This document shows, in pieces, positions 1 to 10,887 of a stretch of DNA of 27,596 nt. Source of the DNA: Chiloscyllium plagiosum (taxonomy: Eukaryota); assembly GCF_004010195.1 (NCBI RefSeq), contig NC_057751.1, forward strand, positions 18,863,543 through 18,891,138, read 5' to 3'. A program made the translations under genes and the position numbers. The stretch's first letter is position 1, and the number at the start of each line of letters is the position of its first letter. The notes below the pieces were generated by a model. The model had not been told where the DNA came from and did not search any database. It worked only from the letters and a program-made list of their open reading frames with translations.

Positions 1-2670
1 TGCGGGGCAGTAATGAACACCTGTTTCTCCAATGTTTTCTCTCGAGTATGATACGCTTCCAACATGTTCACATGACATACCCAATACTTTTGTCTTCTAT
101 CTGGCATCTTTAATAGCTAGTTCACCCCACTCAACTTTTTCTGTATTTCACTGGGGCCACTGAACCTGGCTTTGAAGCGATCACCTATCACTGGTAACAG
201 GACTAACACATTATCCCTTCTGGAAAATGTCTGAGTCTCTGATCATTTAGCTACCACCTGCTTCATTGTCTCTGTGTCCTATTTTGGTGCAGTTTATCAA
301 ACTCACCTGCTCGATTTAATCTCTCCCTTACCTCCGATACATAAATTATGTGTGAGATCTCCGATTGTGGTCCTGTCACTATTTTTTCCAATAAATTTCA
401 ATTCATGATCGATTATTAACTCAAAGGGAGTGAAATGAGTTGATTATTTAGGGACATCTCTAATGGCCAATAATGCGAATGGGATACCATCATCCCAATC
501 ATTCGGGTAGTCCTGACAGTATGCGCTCAACATGTTCTTCAGGCTCTGTTGCTAACTTTCCAAAGCACTATGAGATTCAGAATGATACTCCGTGGATTTA
601 AAGTGCTTTGTACTTAAGCTATCCATAACCTCCTTCAATAACCTAGCAGTAAACGTTGACCCTTGGTCTGACTGAATCTCTCTGGTTAGCTCATACCGTG
701 TGAAGAAAGCTGCTAACTCCTTTACCATTTTTTTGCCTTGATACTCCGCAATGGAGATGCCTCCAGAAATCTGGTAGGCACATGTATTATAGTTAACAAG
801 TAGTGGTCCCCACTTTTAGTTCTCGGGAAGGGACCTCTACGCTTGAAAGGTTCTTCAAATGTATGAATTGGCAACAAAGGTTCTGGTTTTATAACTGCAT
901 GTGGCTTAACTACTATTTGGCATGTATGACACGGACAGCAAAAGTTAACAATATTCCAGGCCAATAGAATGTTTCTGTACCATTGTCTGAGTCTTTTGTA
1001 GCCCGAAATGAACTACTCCAGGTAGTTCATGTGCGATCCATAACAGCTTCGGTCTGTATGCTGCCAGCAACACAATCTGATGCACTTTGGCCCAGTTCCT
1101 CTCTGCACTGACAAACTGTGGTCTCCATATCCATTTTAAGACTCTCTATTGCAGATAATAACCCTCCTGAGTATTCTTTGCCTCATTTTCAGAGTATGCA
1201 ATCACATATATTTATTTTATCATCTTGTTTTGCTGTTGCAAAACTCTGACCCTTCCAGGACTGAACACTTTTGTCTGTTCGCGGTTTTTCTTGCAACATT
1301 ACGTAAAATAGGGTATCTACTGACTGAACCTCAACTCCTTAATCTTTGTCTTTATTTCTCGCTTCGGGCTAGGACTTAGGATAGTGGGATTGGTATATCG
1401 CAAAGTCTGGGAAAATATCAGGATATTTCTGTTCTAACTCCTCAGTTTCTAGGACATCCTTAAGGTACTCCACAAGAATGGATGCCACTCCCACCTTCGA
1501 CCCTGCCAAATCATTCCCAAGAACAAACTGAATTTCTGGAACTATCACTCTTTCAATCAGTCACACTGTATCTTCGCCAGTCTTGATTTGGCACTTCAAC
1601 CTGATTTTATATAGGCAAAAGCTAAATTATATCCATATAATCCCACAAATTTACACACTCTCATGTAATATATCAGAAAGAGTACATATTTTGTCATCTG
1701 TTACTGTCAGCGACAGGTCAGATCCTGTATCTCTCAAAATTATAACTTGTTATCCTTCTTCCCCTGTTTTTTTCTGAGTAACGTTTAGCCAGATAGGCGA
1801 GTTTTTCCATATCCAGCACCTACCAAAGCTGTGCAATCTCCTCGGATCTTCTTGTGTCTACTTTACAACCTCCATTAAGGTCACGGGCTTAAATTCTACC
1901 ACATCTTTTACAACACCACCCTTCTTTAACAATCAGCACTGTGAATTTACGTTTCCCACTTTAAGACAGTGGAAACACCTGCCGCCTTTTACCTTCTTGC
2001 AAACCTCTTGGATTTATTTTTTTATCCGGATGTAAGTTCTTACCAGTGCGACAAATACCTCATTCGCTATGCCTTCCAGTTCAATCTGAACTAGCATTAC
2101 CCATAAATCCATGGTCTACATCTTCTGCTGAGTCTTTTTTTTTCAAGTGAAATAAAGAAGGCTTCAACGTATTTCTCAACAAAATGTGACAGAACTTTGA
2201 CGTTTCTGCCAAATCACTACCTTCTCTTTTTATCTCCATTCTGTGAACTAAAATGTGCTGATTAAGTCGCAACTTCTGAAGATCAATTACTCTCTCTTTT
2301 TGCTCAGCCATGAACTTTCTGTCTCTTTGTTTTCCTCTCTCTCTCCACTTCTCCCCCCTCCCTCTTTCGTCTCTCTTTTTTCTCTTCCTTTCTTTACATT
2401 CTCTTTTTTTCATCTCTCTCTCTCCTTTCTCTCTCTTTTGCTTTCTTCGCCCTCCTTCCCTTTCTGTCTCCCTCTCTCATTCCTCTCTCTCTCGCTTTAT
2501 TTATCTTTGAAGACCATGTTCCTCAATAGTAATTTAATCTTTTCTACCTCTACTGCACTTGTCTGTTTCTGTGACACGCTTAAGTTTTTGAGTAATCCCC
2601 TGATAAGTTCAGCTTTTTCTTTTGTCCTTGGTTAAATCCAAATCTAACGTATTTGTTAATTCGAAAAGAC
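1..2670 (-). mobile_element. Decayed Ty3/Gypsy LTR retrotransposon, Gmr1-like (gag - protease - integrase order), running off the left edge
   Basis: Minus-strand translation gives, in order: E/R/K-rich coiled-coil gag (2290-2660), zinc knuckle remnant RCFHCLKVGNVNSQC (~1934-1980), aspartic protease VIILRDTGSD (~1717-1746), integrase HHCC (IAHELPGVVHFG ~1000-1040; CHTCQ ~918-935), core IQSDQGSTF (~650-680) and C-terminal ARFSGP...CHVNML (~60-170). Many stops and frameshifts. Confidence 0.88.
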
Positions 2671-4030
2671 TGTTATGACACGGATTAAAATTCCTGCTTT
2701 TTTAAACCCAGCAACACAGAAAAGATTTATTCAGTGTATTCCTGCTCAATCTTGCAATCAACCCTCTCCATTTCTTATCCACGTCTCGATAATGCATATT
2801 TTCTCATCCTGCCACAGGCAGTATTTTTAAATTGAATGGCTGCAAGAACAAGTGCCATCTAAGTAGTCAGGGATTTTTATTCTTAATTTCCTCCAAACAG
2901 TTCAATGGGTTAGGAATAGTATATATGGTTGCCTCTGATACATTATTCGCAACATTTATGATGAAATGTAACGTCAATTCCAACCTCAAATTCTCCCTCA
3001 CAACTGTCGAATCTTTATGCTGATGAAGGTTCAGTTTCCTGGCGAAGTACCCGATAGGCCTTCAAATTTTCTCATTGTCTTCCTGTAACAGTATAGCAGG
3101 GACACCCACATCTCTCACACGGATAATCACTTTGAACGGTTTCACGGAATTAGGTGTGGCTTGTACTGGGGCAGTGGTTAACACAACTTTCAGGCTGTAA
3201 AGTGCCTTCTGGCAGCCCACTGTTCAATGAAACGCCTTGCCTTTATTTATTAATTCAGAGGTTGCTAATATTCTATAATAATTTCCTACAAAATTTCCTA
3301 GAAAACGTACATTTTTTCCAGGAATTGTAGAGTGGCTTGTTATTGTCGATGGTATGGGAAACTCTCCAGTAACAGTTGTTTTTGCATTCCTGCTCTCTGG
3401 GTTGTACCTAACAACACATTTTCATTGTGCGTTTTTCCCAGTCAAAATACTTTTACAGTATATTCAAATGACACACTCTGTGAGATATCTTTGTCACCGG
3501 ACTCCTTATCAAATAGTTCACATCACTCAACCTCGTTTCGACTTGGAAAAGTCGACAAGACCTTGCTTTTCAAGGTTCATCTATCACGGTAAGTAAATTG
3601 AACTTTATTTACAGCAAAATTGTGAGTTTTTGAATTCTTGTTTGATTCCTGTTTCATTGTTAGCTGTGACACTTTTAAGTGCTGTCTAGCCAACTCCCCC
3701 TCTCTATTTAATCATTCCATAAAATCTGTCACATAGTCCAAGTATGTGGTCTCTGCATTCAGATCCACCAGTTTCTGCTCAATCAATTTTAGTGATCCTC
3801 TCACTTCAAAATCTAATTCAAATAGACGGAATTTGATCGATTCAATTGACGCATCTCTGATCACAAAAAACACAAAAGGAATTCCTTCATCACAGTCATC
3901 TGGATAGTCTTAACTATAAGTCCTTAACATGTTTTTTACTGTCTGATGCCACCTTGACCAGCGCTCCATGCCATTCTGAATGGTATAAAGAAACTTTGAA
4001 TAGCTGTATCCCTAAGCTGTCCATATATTT
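2671..4030 (-). mobile_element. Second, internally deleted Gmr1-like Gypsy remnant (integrase fragment, then RT thumb/RNase H, possible 3' LTR end)
   Basis: Minus strand ~3830-4025 reads MDSLGIQLFK..YHSE..RWHQTVKNMLRTY..YPDDCDEGIPFV (integrase, similar to 440-630). ~2960-3385 reads LKVVLTTAPV..PFKV..AILLQED..RPIGYFARKLN (RT/RNase H). TGTTATGACA at 2671 resembles an LTR terminus (..TAACA on the minus strand). Confidence 0.75.
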
Positions 4031-4684
4031 GTTTCAGTGGTTCTGCTATCTGTCAAGCTTTTATTTTAATTTCTGTCTTATATTTCTTAGCAGTAAAACT
4101 TTTAATTTTGTTTCATTTTCAACAGGTTTTTGAAATCATTTGGTATTCTCCACGCTATATGCCTAATTCGTAGAATTTCTCTTGAATTTACTTGTAAACC
4201 TAATTCATGCATATTAAATGTACACTATTAATGTCCTGGATTGAAAGGTCCAGTGCGAGTCAATCTGTTAAACTGCCTAATTCTTTAAAGTATCAACATA
4301 TCTAGCACATTTAATGTGCGAACTGAATTATCTCAATAAAAGAACACTTGCATCCTATAACACGAGAATCTTGTCCTGTCAGCGTAATTTCAATTGGGCA
4401 AACCTTTGCTTTCAGAATCTACACAAAATAATGTCAAATCAGAAACAGATTCGATGTTGCTTGAAACATCAAAAACATCTTCGGAGACAATGCATCTTCG
4501 ATCCTACATTATTTTCCATAACGAGAATTGGCAGTTTTGGGGATTTTACAATTCATAACATGTTTCATGACAGAAATTTCACTAAGATTTTTCAATCTGT
4601 TTTCTTTTTCAAACGCAAAACAAATATATTGTTAATTAACTTGAAGGATGCCGCAACTTCAAAATCCCCCTGGAGATCCCACCA

Positions 4685-4692
4685 TTTATAAT
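4685..4692 (+). promoter_or_regulatory. Possible TATA-like box upstream of GPCR exon 1
   Basis: TTTATAAT about 90 nt upstream of the ATG at 4778; the paralogue has a variant TTTATTAT at the aligned position (~24197-24204, minus). Motif only, in AT-rich DNA. Confidence 0.25.
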
Positions 4693-4777
4693 TACAGGAC
4701 TCTCGAATATGCAATTCAGAGTTTTATACGAATGCATTGTCTTCAGGACCAGTCGACAAGCAAGTACGCTAAAAGAA

Positions 4778-4844
4778 ATGCTCGACTTTTTTTATAGTAT
4801 CCGGAAAGTATGGTATTTGCTGCTTGCAGTTATTGGAGTGCCTG
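4778..4844 (+). CDS. GPR139-like: GPR139-like class A GPCR, coding exon 1 (MLDFFYSIRKVWYLLLAVIGVP + 1 nt)
   Basis: ATG at 4778 (A at -3), 67 nt encoding the N-terminus and first half of TM1, ending CCTG|GTAAGT (consensus donor, phase 1). Joins in frame to exon 2 giving IGVPVNLV. A homologous exon is present in the inverted paralogue. Confidence 0.9.
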
Positions 4845-5656
4845 GTAAGTGTTTATCTGTACTGCTCATCTCCTCAACGTTCTGTCTTGCCTGAGTTCTG
4901 TTGATATATGTGTCAAGATGGTCACCAAGATCTCGCACTGATGAGAGAACTGAACTGTGCGTCTCCGGAACAGCTCAACATACCGTGTAAATCAATTTTG
5001 GACTTAATATGTTTTCTTGTAATTTGATTGGCGAAGTAACATTATGTCGCTTATCATTTCAACTTCATCTTTGTTTCTTAAAATAAATCTGCGCTTTTAT
5101 ACCAATATCGAAAGACAAATTGTACTTTCTTTCCCTGAGTTTTCAGTGTTAATAAATTGCCATTCACTATTTTGCCGAATATCCTGCATTCTCAAATCAG
5201 ATGCATAATTCATTACGGGTCGGTCAAACAATGGGTCTTTGTAGATTTGTTTTGACTGGGTGAACCAGGATGAACATGTCCAAATGGGTTTAAACTGAAT
5301 GCATTCAACCAATCGAAATGGAATATCAGAGAATTCCCTCTACAGTAAATTTCGATCGAAGTATGACAGTAATCAGTGTGGATGCAACTAAGCAATCCTG
5401 CTAAACATTCAAATGATTATTTCAGGAAACTGAATCCTCCACTCTATTTACTTCGTTTCTTTTGTTTCTAAAAGACTCAACTGCTGTCAAAGACACAGTT
5501 TTTTTTAACCAGTCATGAAGATATTTGACAATGTGTGCAGAGAGTGATGTTGTTCAGTGTGGATTGAATTGAACCAATAGAATGCAACATGCACAATTCA
5601 AAGATGGTTGAGGAGCAGAACTGAGCTGCAACGATGTGAAAGAACAACTTGAAACG

Positions 5657-6040
5657 ATCACAGAGTCTTTGAGTCCTGCAGCATGGAGACAGGCCCATTG
5701 GCTCAAACTGAAACATGAAAAACAAAATGTCTATCAACGCTAACATTATTTCCATGCACTTGGCCCGTATCCTTATATTCCTTTCCTATCCATGCATTTT
5801 TCCAAATGCCCCATAAATATTGTTAAAATACACGCTTTAACTACTTCCACTGGCAGCTCATTCCATATTCTTACCATACTCTGTATTTAAAAAGCCCCTC
5901 AAGTTCCCTTTTATTCTGACCTTTCTAACGTTAAACTGATGCCCTCTAGGCCTCGATTCCCCAACACTGGTAAAAAGATGGGAGTACATTGACCCTATCC
6001 ATGCTTCTCATGATCTTACACACCTCAATCTCCTATGCCT
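5657..6040 (-). mobile_element. CR1 LINE 3' fragment in the GPCR intron (antisense to gene)
   Basis: Same motifs as other CR1 3' ends here (acagagtc..gagtc tail, acaggccc, ccactggcagctcattccat, ctatccatgcttctcatgat). Absent at the aligned position of the paralogue (~23240). Confidence 0.75.
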
Positions 6041-7562
6041 GAAAGAGAAAAGGAAAAGAAAATGAAATTGATGAAAATCTTAGCAGGTCTGGCTGGCACC
6101 ATTGGGAATAGAAAAAGCTCAGTTAACATTTTGAGGTAAAGATGAATCGAATATCTTCTCTCTCCTTGCCAGTGAAAGAACTTTGCAATCATTAAGATTT
6201 CATGTTAAATGATATACATTCAGAGAATAATTTTTGTCCTTCATCTCATTTACTATGCCATCCATCCACTGCATATTCTTTGTGTCTTATGATATTGCTC
6301 TGCAGCAAAAGTTTATTTATTAATTTTCACACCTGTCTAACAAGCCTTACACACCTTTTCCTCCTTTTCTCATTCCTCAGGTATCATCATATCTGTTCCA
6401 CTCCTCACCGATGAGAATAGAGGTTTATTTAACATTGAAAATACATTCATCCAATATTACATATTCTCCTTTGTGCTATTACATTGTAAACAGCTCTTCA
6501 ATGGATGGTTTCAATTACTTTTTCTCTGGAACTGATTTGCTTTGTTTCCATGTTCATGCTATCATGTACTGTTTGTTGTTGTCAATGATCTGTGAGCCTG
6601 CATACTTGGAGCATTGTTTTGACATAACAAAACATTTAAGGGGTGAAAAGAATTTTCATTTCATTCTTCATCTCGTAAGCCAGCATTGCATGGCTCGCTT
6701 TATTTCAATCCATGTTTTGGAATCATACTTTCGGAAATTGCATTTGCATTTTCTGTGTTTCACCTGTGATTTAACTTTCTCACGTACTCTTTACATTTTT
6801 TAATTTTTGTAATTGTGCATCTACGTCCCTGAACTATGCTGTGGATCTTACTGATGAGCAATCGTGATCGCGTGGATTTTCCTTTGTATGCAATATGGCT
6901 TCTACCTTTCCACCAATCTGCGGTAAATGTTGGAACTGGTTAGCAATGGTGGATTATGTCATGCAAATCCTCTTGCTCTGAGATTAGTATGAAATCTTTA
7001 TGTAAAATTCTGTTGAAGTTCTTCAGCAAATTTATTTATTTATGTTGCAACCACTCTTTTAAAGGATGCTTAAGATGAATGCATAAGAACTCCTCTTAAC
7101 TACTTGTTGTAGTTCGAGATGGTGTTTCTTAAAGATGCCTGCAAGAATTGCAAAATCTATAATTATTGATAATGCTATTTCAAATCTAGGTATAATGTCA
7201 GCTGTTCTTTAGTCTGTGGACACTATTCAACTTTTACTATCGTTGTTTATCAACATAATGATAGTTCTGCTCAATCCAACAACTTCGTTTTGCATGAATG
7301 GAATTTTTCTGAATTAGAATTCTTGTCATTTCTTTTACGTTAAAAGTTGTCTTCCACATAAAACGTTGCCAAGTTTTTTTGGTGCATGTAAGTAAGTATA
7401 ATTTAGCGGTTTGTTTTTTTCTCTCAACATTTTTCACACTGAAATCTTATCCTTTTTTTAATACTAGCATTAGTTTTACACAGCCAGCGTACCTGCCTTC
7501 CTTCTGTCCGCTTATGCCCACTCATAATTTTAACTACCACGGCAGAGTTTATCATATTCTTT

Positions 7563-7889
7563 AGGGAGTTTAGATCAGAGTGGTGCTGGAAAAGCACTGC
7601 ATGTCAGGCAGCATCCGAGGAGCGGGAATATCGACGTTTCGGGCAAAAGCCCTTCAACAGGAATAGAGGCACGTATCCTCCAGGGTGGAGAGATAAATTG
7701 GGGGGGGGGGGGAGATGCTGGGAAGCAGGTAGCAAAGAGTGCAAATCGGTGAATGGGGATCGGGATTGAGGTGATAGTTCCAGAAGGGAGTGTGGAACGG
7801 ATAGGTGGGAAGGGAGATTCGCAGATAGGACAGTGCTGATCTGGAAGGTTGCAACTGAGGCAAGGTGGGGTGTGGGGAAATGAGGGGAA
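7563..7889 (-). mobile_element. Penelope-like element 3' terminal-repeat fragment in the GPCR intron with 7-bp target site duplication
   Basis: Reverse complement matches 26056-26360. Flanked by ATTCTTT (7556-7562 and 7890-7896); the paralogue has the empty site (ATTCCTT, minus strand ~20762-20768). Confidence 0.88.
7629..7664 (-). ncRNA. Degenerate minimal type I hammerhead ribozyme motif (core CUGUUGA instead of CUGAUGA)
   Basis: Minus strand ATTC-CTGTTGA-A-GGGC-TTTT-GCCC-GAAAC-GTC-GATA; the conserved core A is substituted, so it is probably inactive. Confidence 0.55.
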
Positions 7890-8042
7890 ATTCTTTGTCA
7901 AATGAAAAGATCATTATAATTAAAATGGGTTGAATCCTTCATGCATATAAGCAAAATGGTTTTCAGAATGGGCAGTCATGTCTTTAGTGTGGCGGATGTT
8001 TAGTTACTAATTCCCAGCGTTGCTTTTCCCCTTGTTTTGCAG

Positions 8043-8953
8043 TTAATTTGGTGGCTGTTGTCATTCTCTCTCGTGGTAAGTGCGGACTCTCTACCTGTAC
8101 CACGCAGTATCTGGTGGCCATGGCAGTGGCAGATCTATTGATTATTATATTTGATGTCATGATGAAGCGACTCAATTTTTACTATTTCCCAGGATCTTGG
8201 CTGAATGTCACCTACGTCTGTACTGTATTTAGGGTTCTTACTCATGTATCCACAGACTGGTCAGTCTGGTTCACTGTCACTTTCACTTTTGATCGATTTG
8301 TGGCAATTTGTTGCCAGAAGTTTAAAAGTAAGTACTGCACTGACAAAAGTGCTGCCATGGTGCTTTCAACAACTGGCGTCCTGCTAGGTTTAAAGAATGT
8401 TCCAATCTACTTCTTATTTGAACCAGGAGAAATAATCAACAAAGTACCATGGTTCTGTAAGATAAAACCAAGCTGTTATACTGAGTCCGGGTGGGTGGGA
8501 TATGACTGGTTTGACACAGTATTAAACCCATTGCTGCCATTTGTATTAATTCTCCTGCTGAATGCTCTGACAGTCAGATATATTTTACTAGCTAGTCGAG
8601 TCCGTAAGGGACTGAAAGGCCAGAGCAATGGAATGAATCGCAGTGACCCAGAGATGGAGACAAGAAGGAAATCTTTGGTGTTACTTTTCACGATATCCAG
8701 CAGCTTCATACTATTATGGTTGACATATGTTCTGCATTTCTTATATTATACCATTACAGGAATGAATCCGAGATATTATAGCAATAACATTTATGTTTTT
8801 AAAGAAGTTGGATTTATGTTACGGATTTTAAGTTGTTGCACAAACACGTTTATTTATGGAGTGACTCAGTCCAAATTCAGGGAGCAGCTTACAAAAGCAG
8901 CGGTTTATCCATTTAAATCAATTATTCAGCACATTGACGATAAAAACAAATGA
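8043..8953 (+). CDS. GPR139-like: GPR139-like class A (rhodopsin family) GPCR, coding exon 2; spliced product 325 aa
   Basis: Polypyrimidine tract plus TTGCAG acceptor (AG 8041-8042). Open frame to TGA at 8951-8953 with seven-TM motifs: TM1 N, TM2 MAVADLL, TM3 Cys and TFDRFVAIC, ECL2 WFC, TM5 PLLPF, TM6 FILLWLT, TM7 SCCTNTFIY. Matches the shark family commonly annotated 'probable G-protein coupled receptor 139'; orthology to GPR139 itself is not established. Confidence 0.93.
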
Positions 8954-9207
8954 ACACACGCCATATCAATGTCTGCATGCTTCCAGTGGTTGATGTAATA
9001 TTAGAACTATTCTTCGATCAAACGAACGGTGTCACATATGGAATGGCTGAGTGAATGACCTAACAACCACAGTAAATAGGATGCGACAACATTTTGAAAT
9101 CTGACAATTAGTTTGGAAGAGTGTCATTCATTTGTTTTCCACTGGAGTTATTCCGTGCATGTCGAGTACAATTTTTAAAGACAACATGCGTGTTCTAGTT
9201 GCAAAGA

Positions 9208-9213
9208 AATAAA
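9208..9213 (+). terminator. Candidate polyadenylation signal of the GPCR gene (second AATAAA at 9267-9272)
   Basis: First AATAAA hexamers seen downstream of the stop codon, about 255 and 315 nt after it. Confidence 0.45.
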
Positions 9214-9859
9214 CTTGCATGAGCCAATGAATAGAGCTGTTTGTTAATTGAATACATCACATGTTAAATAAATTAGCTGACCATTCGACTGGCTTTCAGC
9301 ACATTCCTGTGGTTGCCTAATTCACATTTTAACTACATACTGAGAAAAACATATTCCTGCATCAGGACTCTTCAGAATGCATTCTATCTCCAAAACCCTA
9401 GTTTTGGCTTTTACCTCAGTGAGAAAAAACCCCCTCCATATCATCCATGTACAAACCACTCTTAACTTGAAGGAAATTTCTTACGTTGACTCGCCATGCT
9501 GTATTTGTATAAAGTAAAATAGTCAAACACTTTCCATTTTTCTGAAAGCTACGTTTTCTAACTGCTGACAAAATATATCATCAAAACATTTCTCAAGAGG
9601 CACTCAGTTCTTCATTTATCAACGCAACCCTCTTCCCTGCCAAATTTCAGAGTTTGAACCATGACTGTAGCTCTGTCTTTGGATTGTGGTACACAAAGCA
9701 TAAGTACCACCGGCCAAATGTGACATGAGTTCAAATATGTAAACTATTAACTTTGGTTTGACAAATATAATGAATCTGCGCTTTCAAAACGTGTTTGTAG
9801 TTATCTGGTTCCCTTGCAGGAGGATGTAGGCAATTTATGTAAAAGTGTCCAATTTAAGC

Positions 9860-10260
9860 ATGCAGTTGCAAACAGCTCTCTGCGTGACTGGGTGGATTCT
9901 AGCTCACCCAGATTCAGGGTTCTTTAGTTTTGCTTTCAGTTCAGTTGATTTGGATTTGGTTGACTCGCTGCTTGAGCTAAAAGTTGAATTCTCTGTTGCT
10001 TGTGTGAAGTCTTAGTCGGAAACTCTTCCACTTAGGAATCAAAAGAGAGACGTTTTGGGGCTTTTTTCCCTTGTTTACTATAAGTGAGCTGGAGAGAAAT
10101 AGCTCGTGAGAATAAAACAGTTTTACTGAATTGTCGTTACCAAAGGTTTCTTTGGTGGGTGCTGCTATAATGAAACAGCTGATTTGTGCTTAACTAACAC
10201 CTTAACTTGTCAAGTAAGAAAAGTGTTAAGAATAAGCCAAGTAGCCTTTGACGAATGAGC
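9860..10260. mobile_element. Possible decayed LTR fragment
   Basis: Starts where paralogue homology ends; T-rich with AATAAA (~10111) and wording reminiscent of shark Gypsy LTRs. Recollection only; no termini found. Confidence 0.3.
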
Positions 10261-10264
10261 CTGA

Positions 10265-10545
10265 CATCAGTGGTTTGTAAGTTGCTGATGGGGATTCTGA
10301 GGGATAGGATTTACTTGTATTTGGAAAGTGAAGGACTGACTAGGGATATTCAACATGACTTTCTGCACGTAAAATCATGCCTCGAAAAATTGAGATTTTC
10401 GAAGAAGTTGTGAAAAAGGTTGGTAAATGCAGAGTGTTAGATGTTGTATATATGACCTCAGCAAGGTGTTCCACAGAGGTCCACATGGTGGAATGGTTGG
10501 TAAAGTTAGGTCACGTGGAATACAGGGAAAACAAGACATTTGAAT
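10265..10545 (+). mobile_element. Old CR1 RT N-terminal fragment
   Basis: Translates as ILRDRIYLYLESEGLTRDIQHDF..KSCL..FEEV..DVVYM..VPHG..KVRSRGIQG with frameshifts; homologous to ORF 15292-15960. Confidence 0.75.
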
Positions 10546-10860
10546 GAGTTCAATTTTTTTAAGACAACATGCGTGTTCTTGTTGCAAAGAAATAAACTTT
10601 CTATGAGCCAATGAATAGAGCTGCTTGAGAATTGAATACACCACATGTTAAATAAATGAGCTTACCATTCGGCTGGCTTTCTGCACATTCCTGTGGTTGC
10701 CAAATTCATATTTTAACTACATACTGAGAAAAACATATTCCTGCATCAGGACTCTTGGGAATACATTCTATCCCCAAAACCCCAGTTTTGGCTTTTACCT
10801 CAGTGAGAAAATTCCCCTCTGTATCATCTATGTGCAATCCACTCTTAACTGTAAGGAAAT
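10546..10860 (+). repeat. Direct duplicate of the GPCR 3' UTR/polyA region 9164-9477
   Basis: Near-continuous match, e.g. AAGACAACATGCGTGTTCT, GCAAAGAAATAAACTT, TTTTAACTACATACTGAGAAAAACATATTCCTGCATCAGGACTCTT. Confidence 0.92.
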
Positions 10861-10887
10861 AGTCAGCTGGAAATTGAGAAGCAAATC

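Larger units (their letters stand above)
4130..9800 (+). repeat. Left arm of inverted segmental duplication (partner ~18555-24745)
   Basis: Collinear reverse-complement similarity across upstream region, both exons, intron (e.g. GTGCAGAGAGTGATGTTGTTCAGT ~5535 vs ~23333-23356; TGCATTTTCTGTGTTTCACCTGTG ~6745 vs ~21277-21300) and 3' flank. Confidence 0.9.

Noticed and set aside
2081..2635. Overlapping ORFs over the CT-rich tract (hydrophobic F/L/S proteins on +, K/R/E-rich on -)
   Set aside because: Low-complexity coiled-coil part of the decayed gag; the plus-strand ORFs are antisense artefacts.
3332..3596. Two short ORFs with a GTAAGT donor-like site near 3589
   Set aside because: No recognisable domain; partly antisense to Gypsy RT and no partner exon found.
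4314..4691. 125-aa ORF upstream of the GPCR
   Set aside because: No recognisable motif; the aligned paralogous region differs by indels, consistent with non-coding DNA.
4709..4894. 61-aa ORF as an independent gene or N-terminal extension from the ATG at 4709
   Set aside because: It contains GPCR exon 1 and reads into the intron; the ATG at 4778 is the one clearly shared with the paralogue. A longer N-terminus cannot be fully excluded.
6411..6803. 130-aa intronic ORF
   Set aside because: No domain; the aligned paralogous intron has indels and a LINE insertion.
7700..7712. 13-nt G run, possible G-quadruplex
   Set aside because: Simple homopolymer inside the Penelope fragment; no evidence of function.
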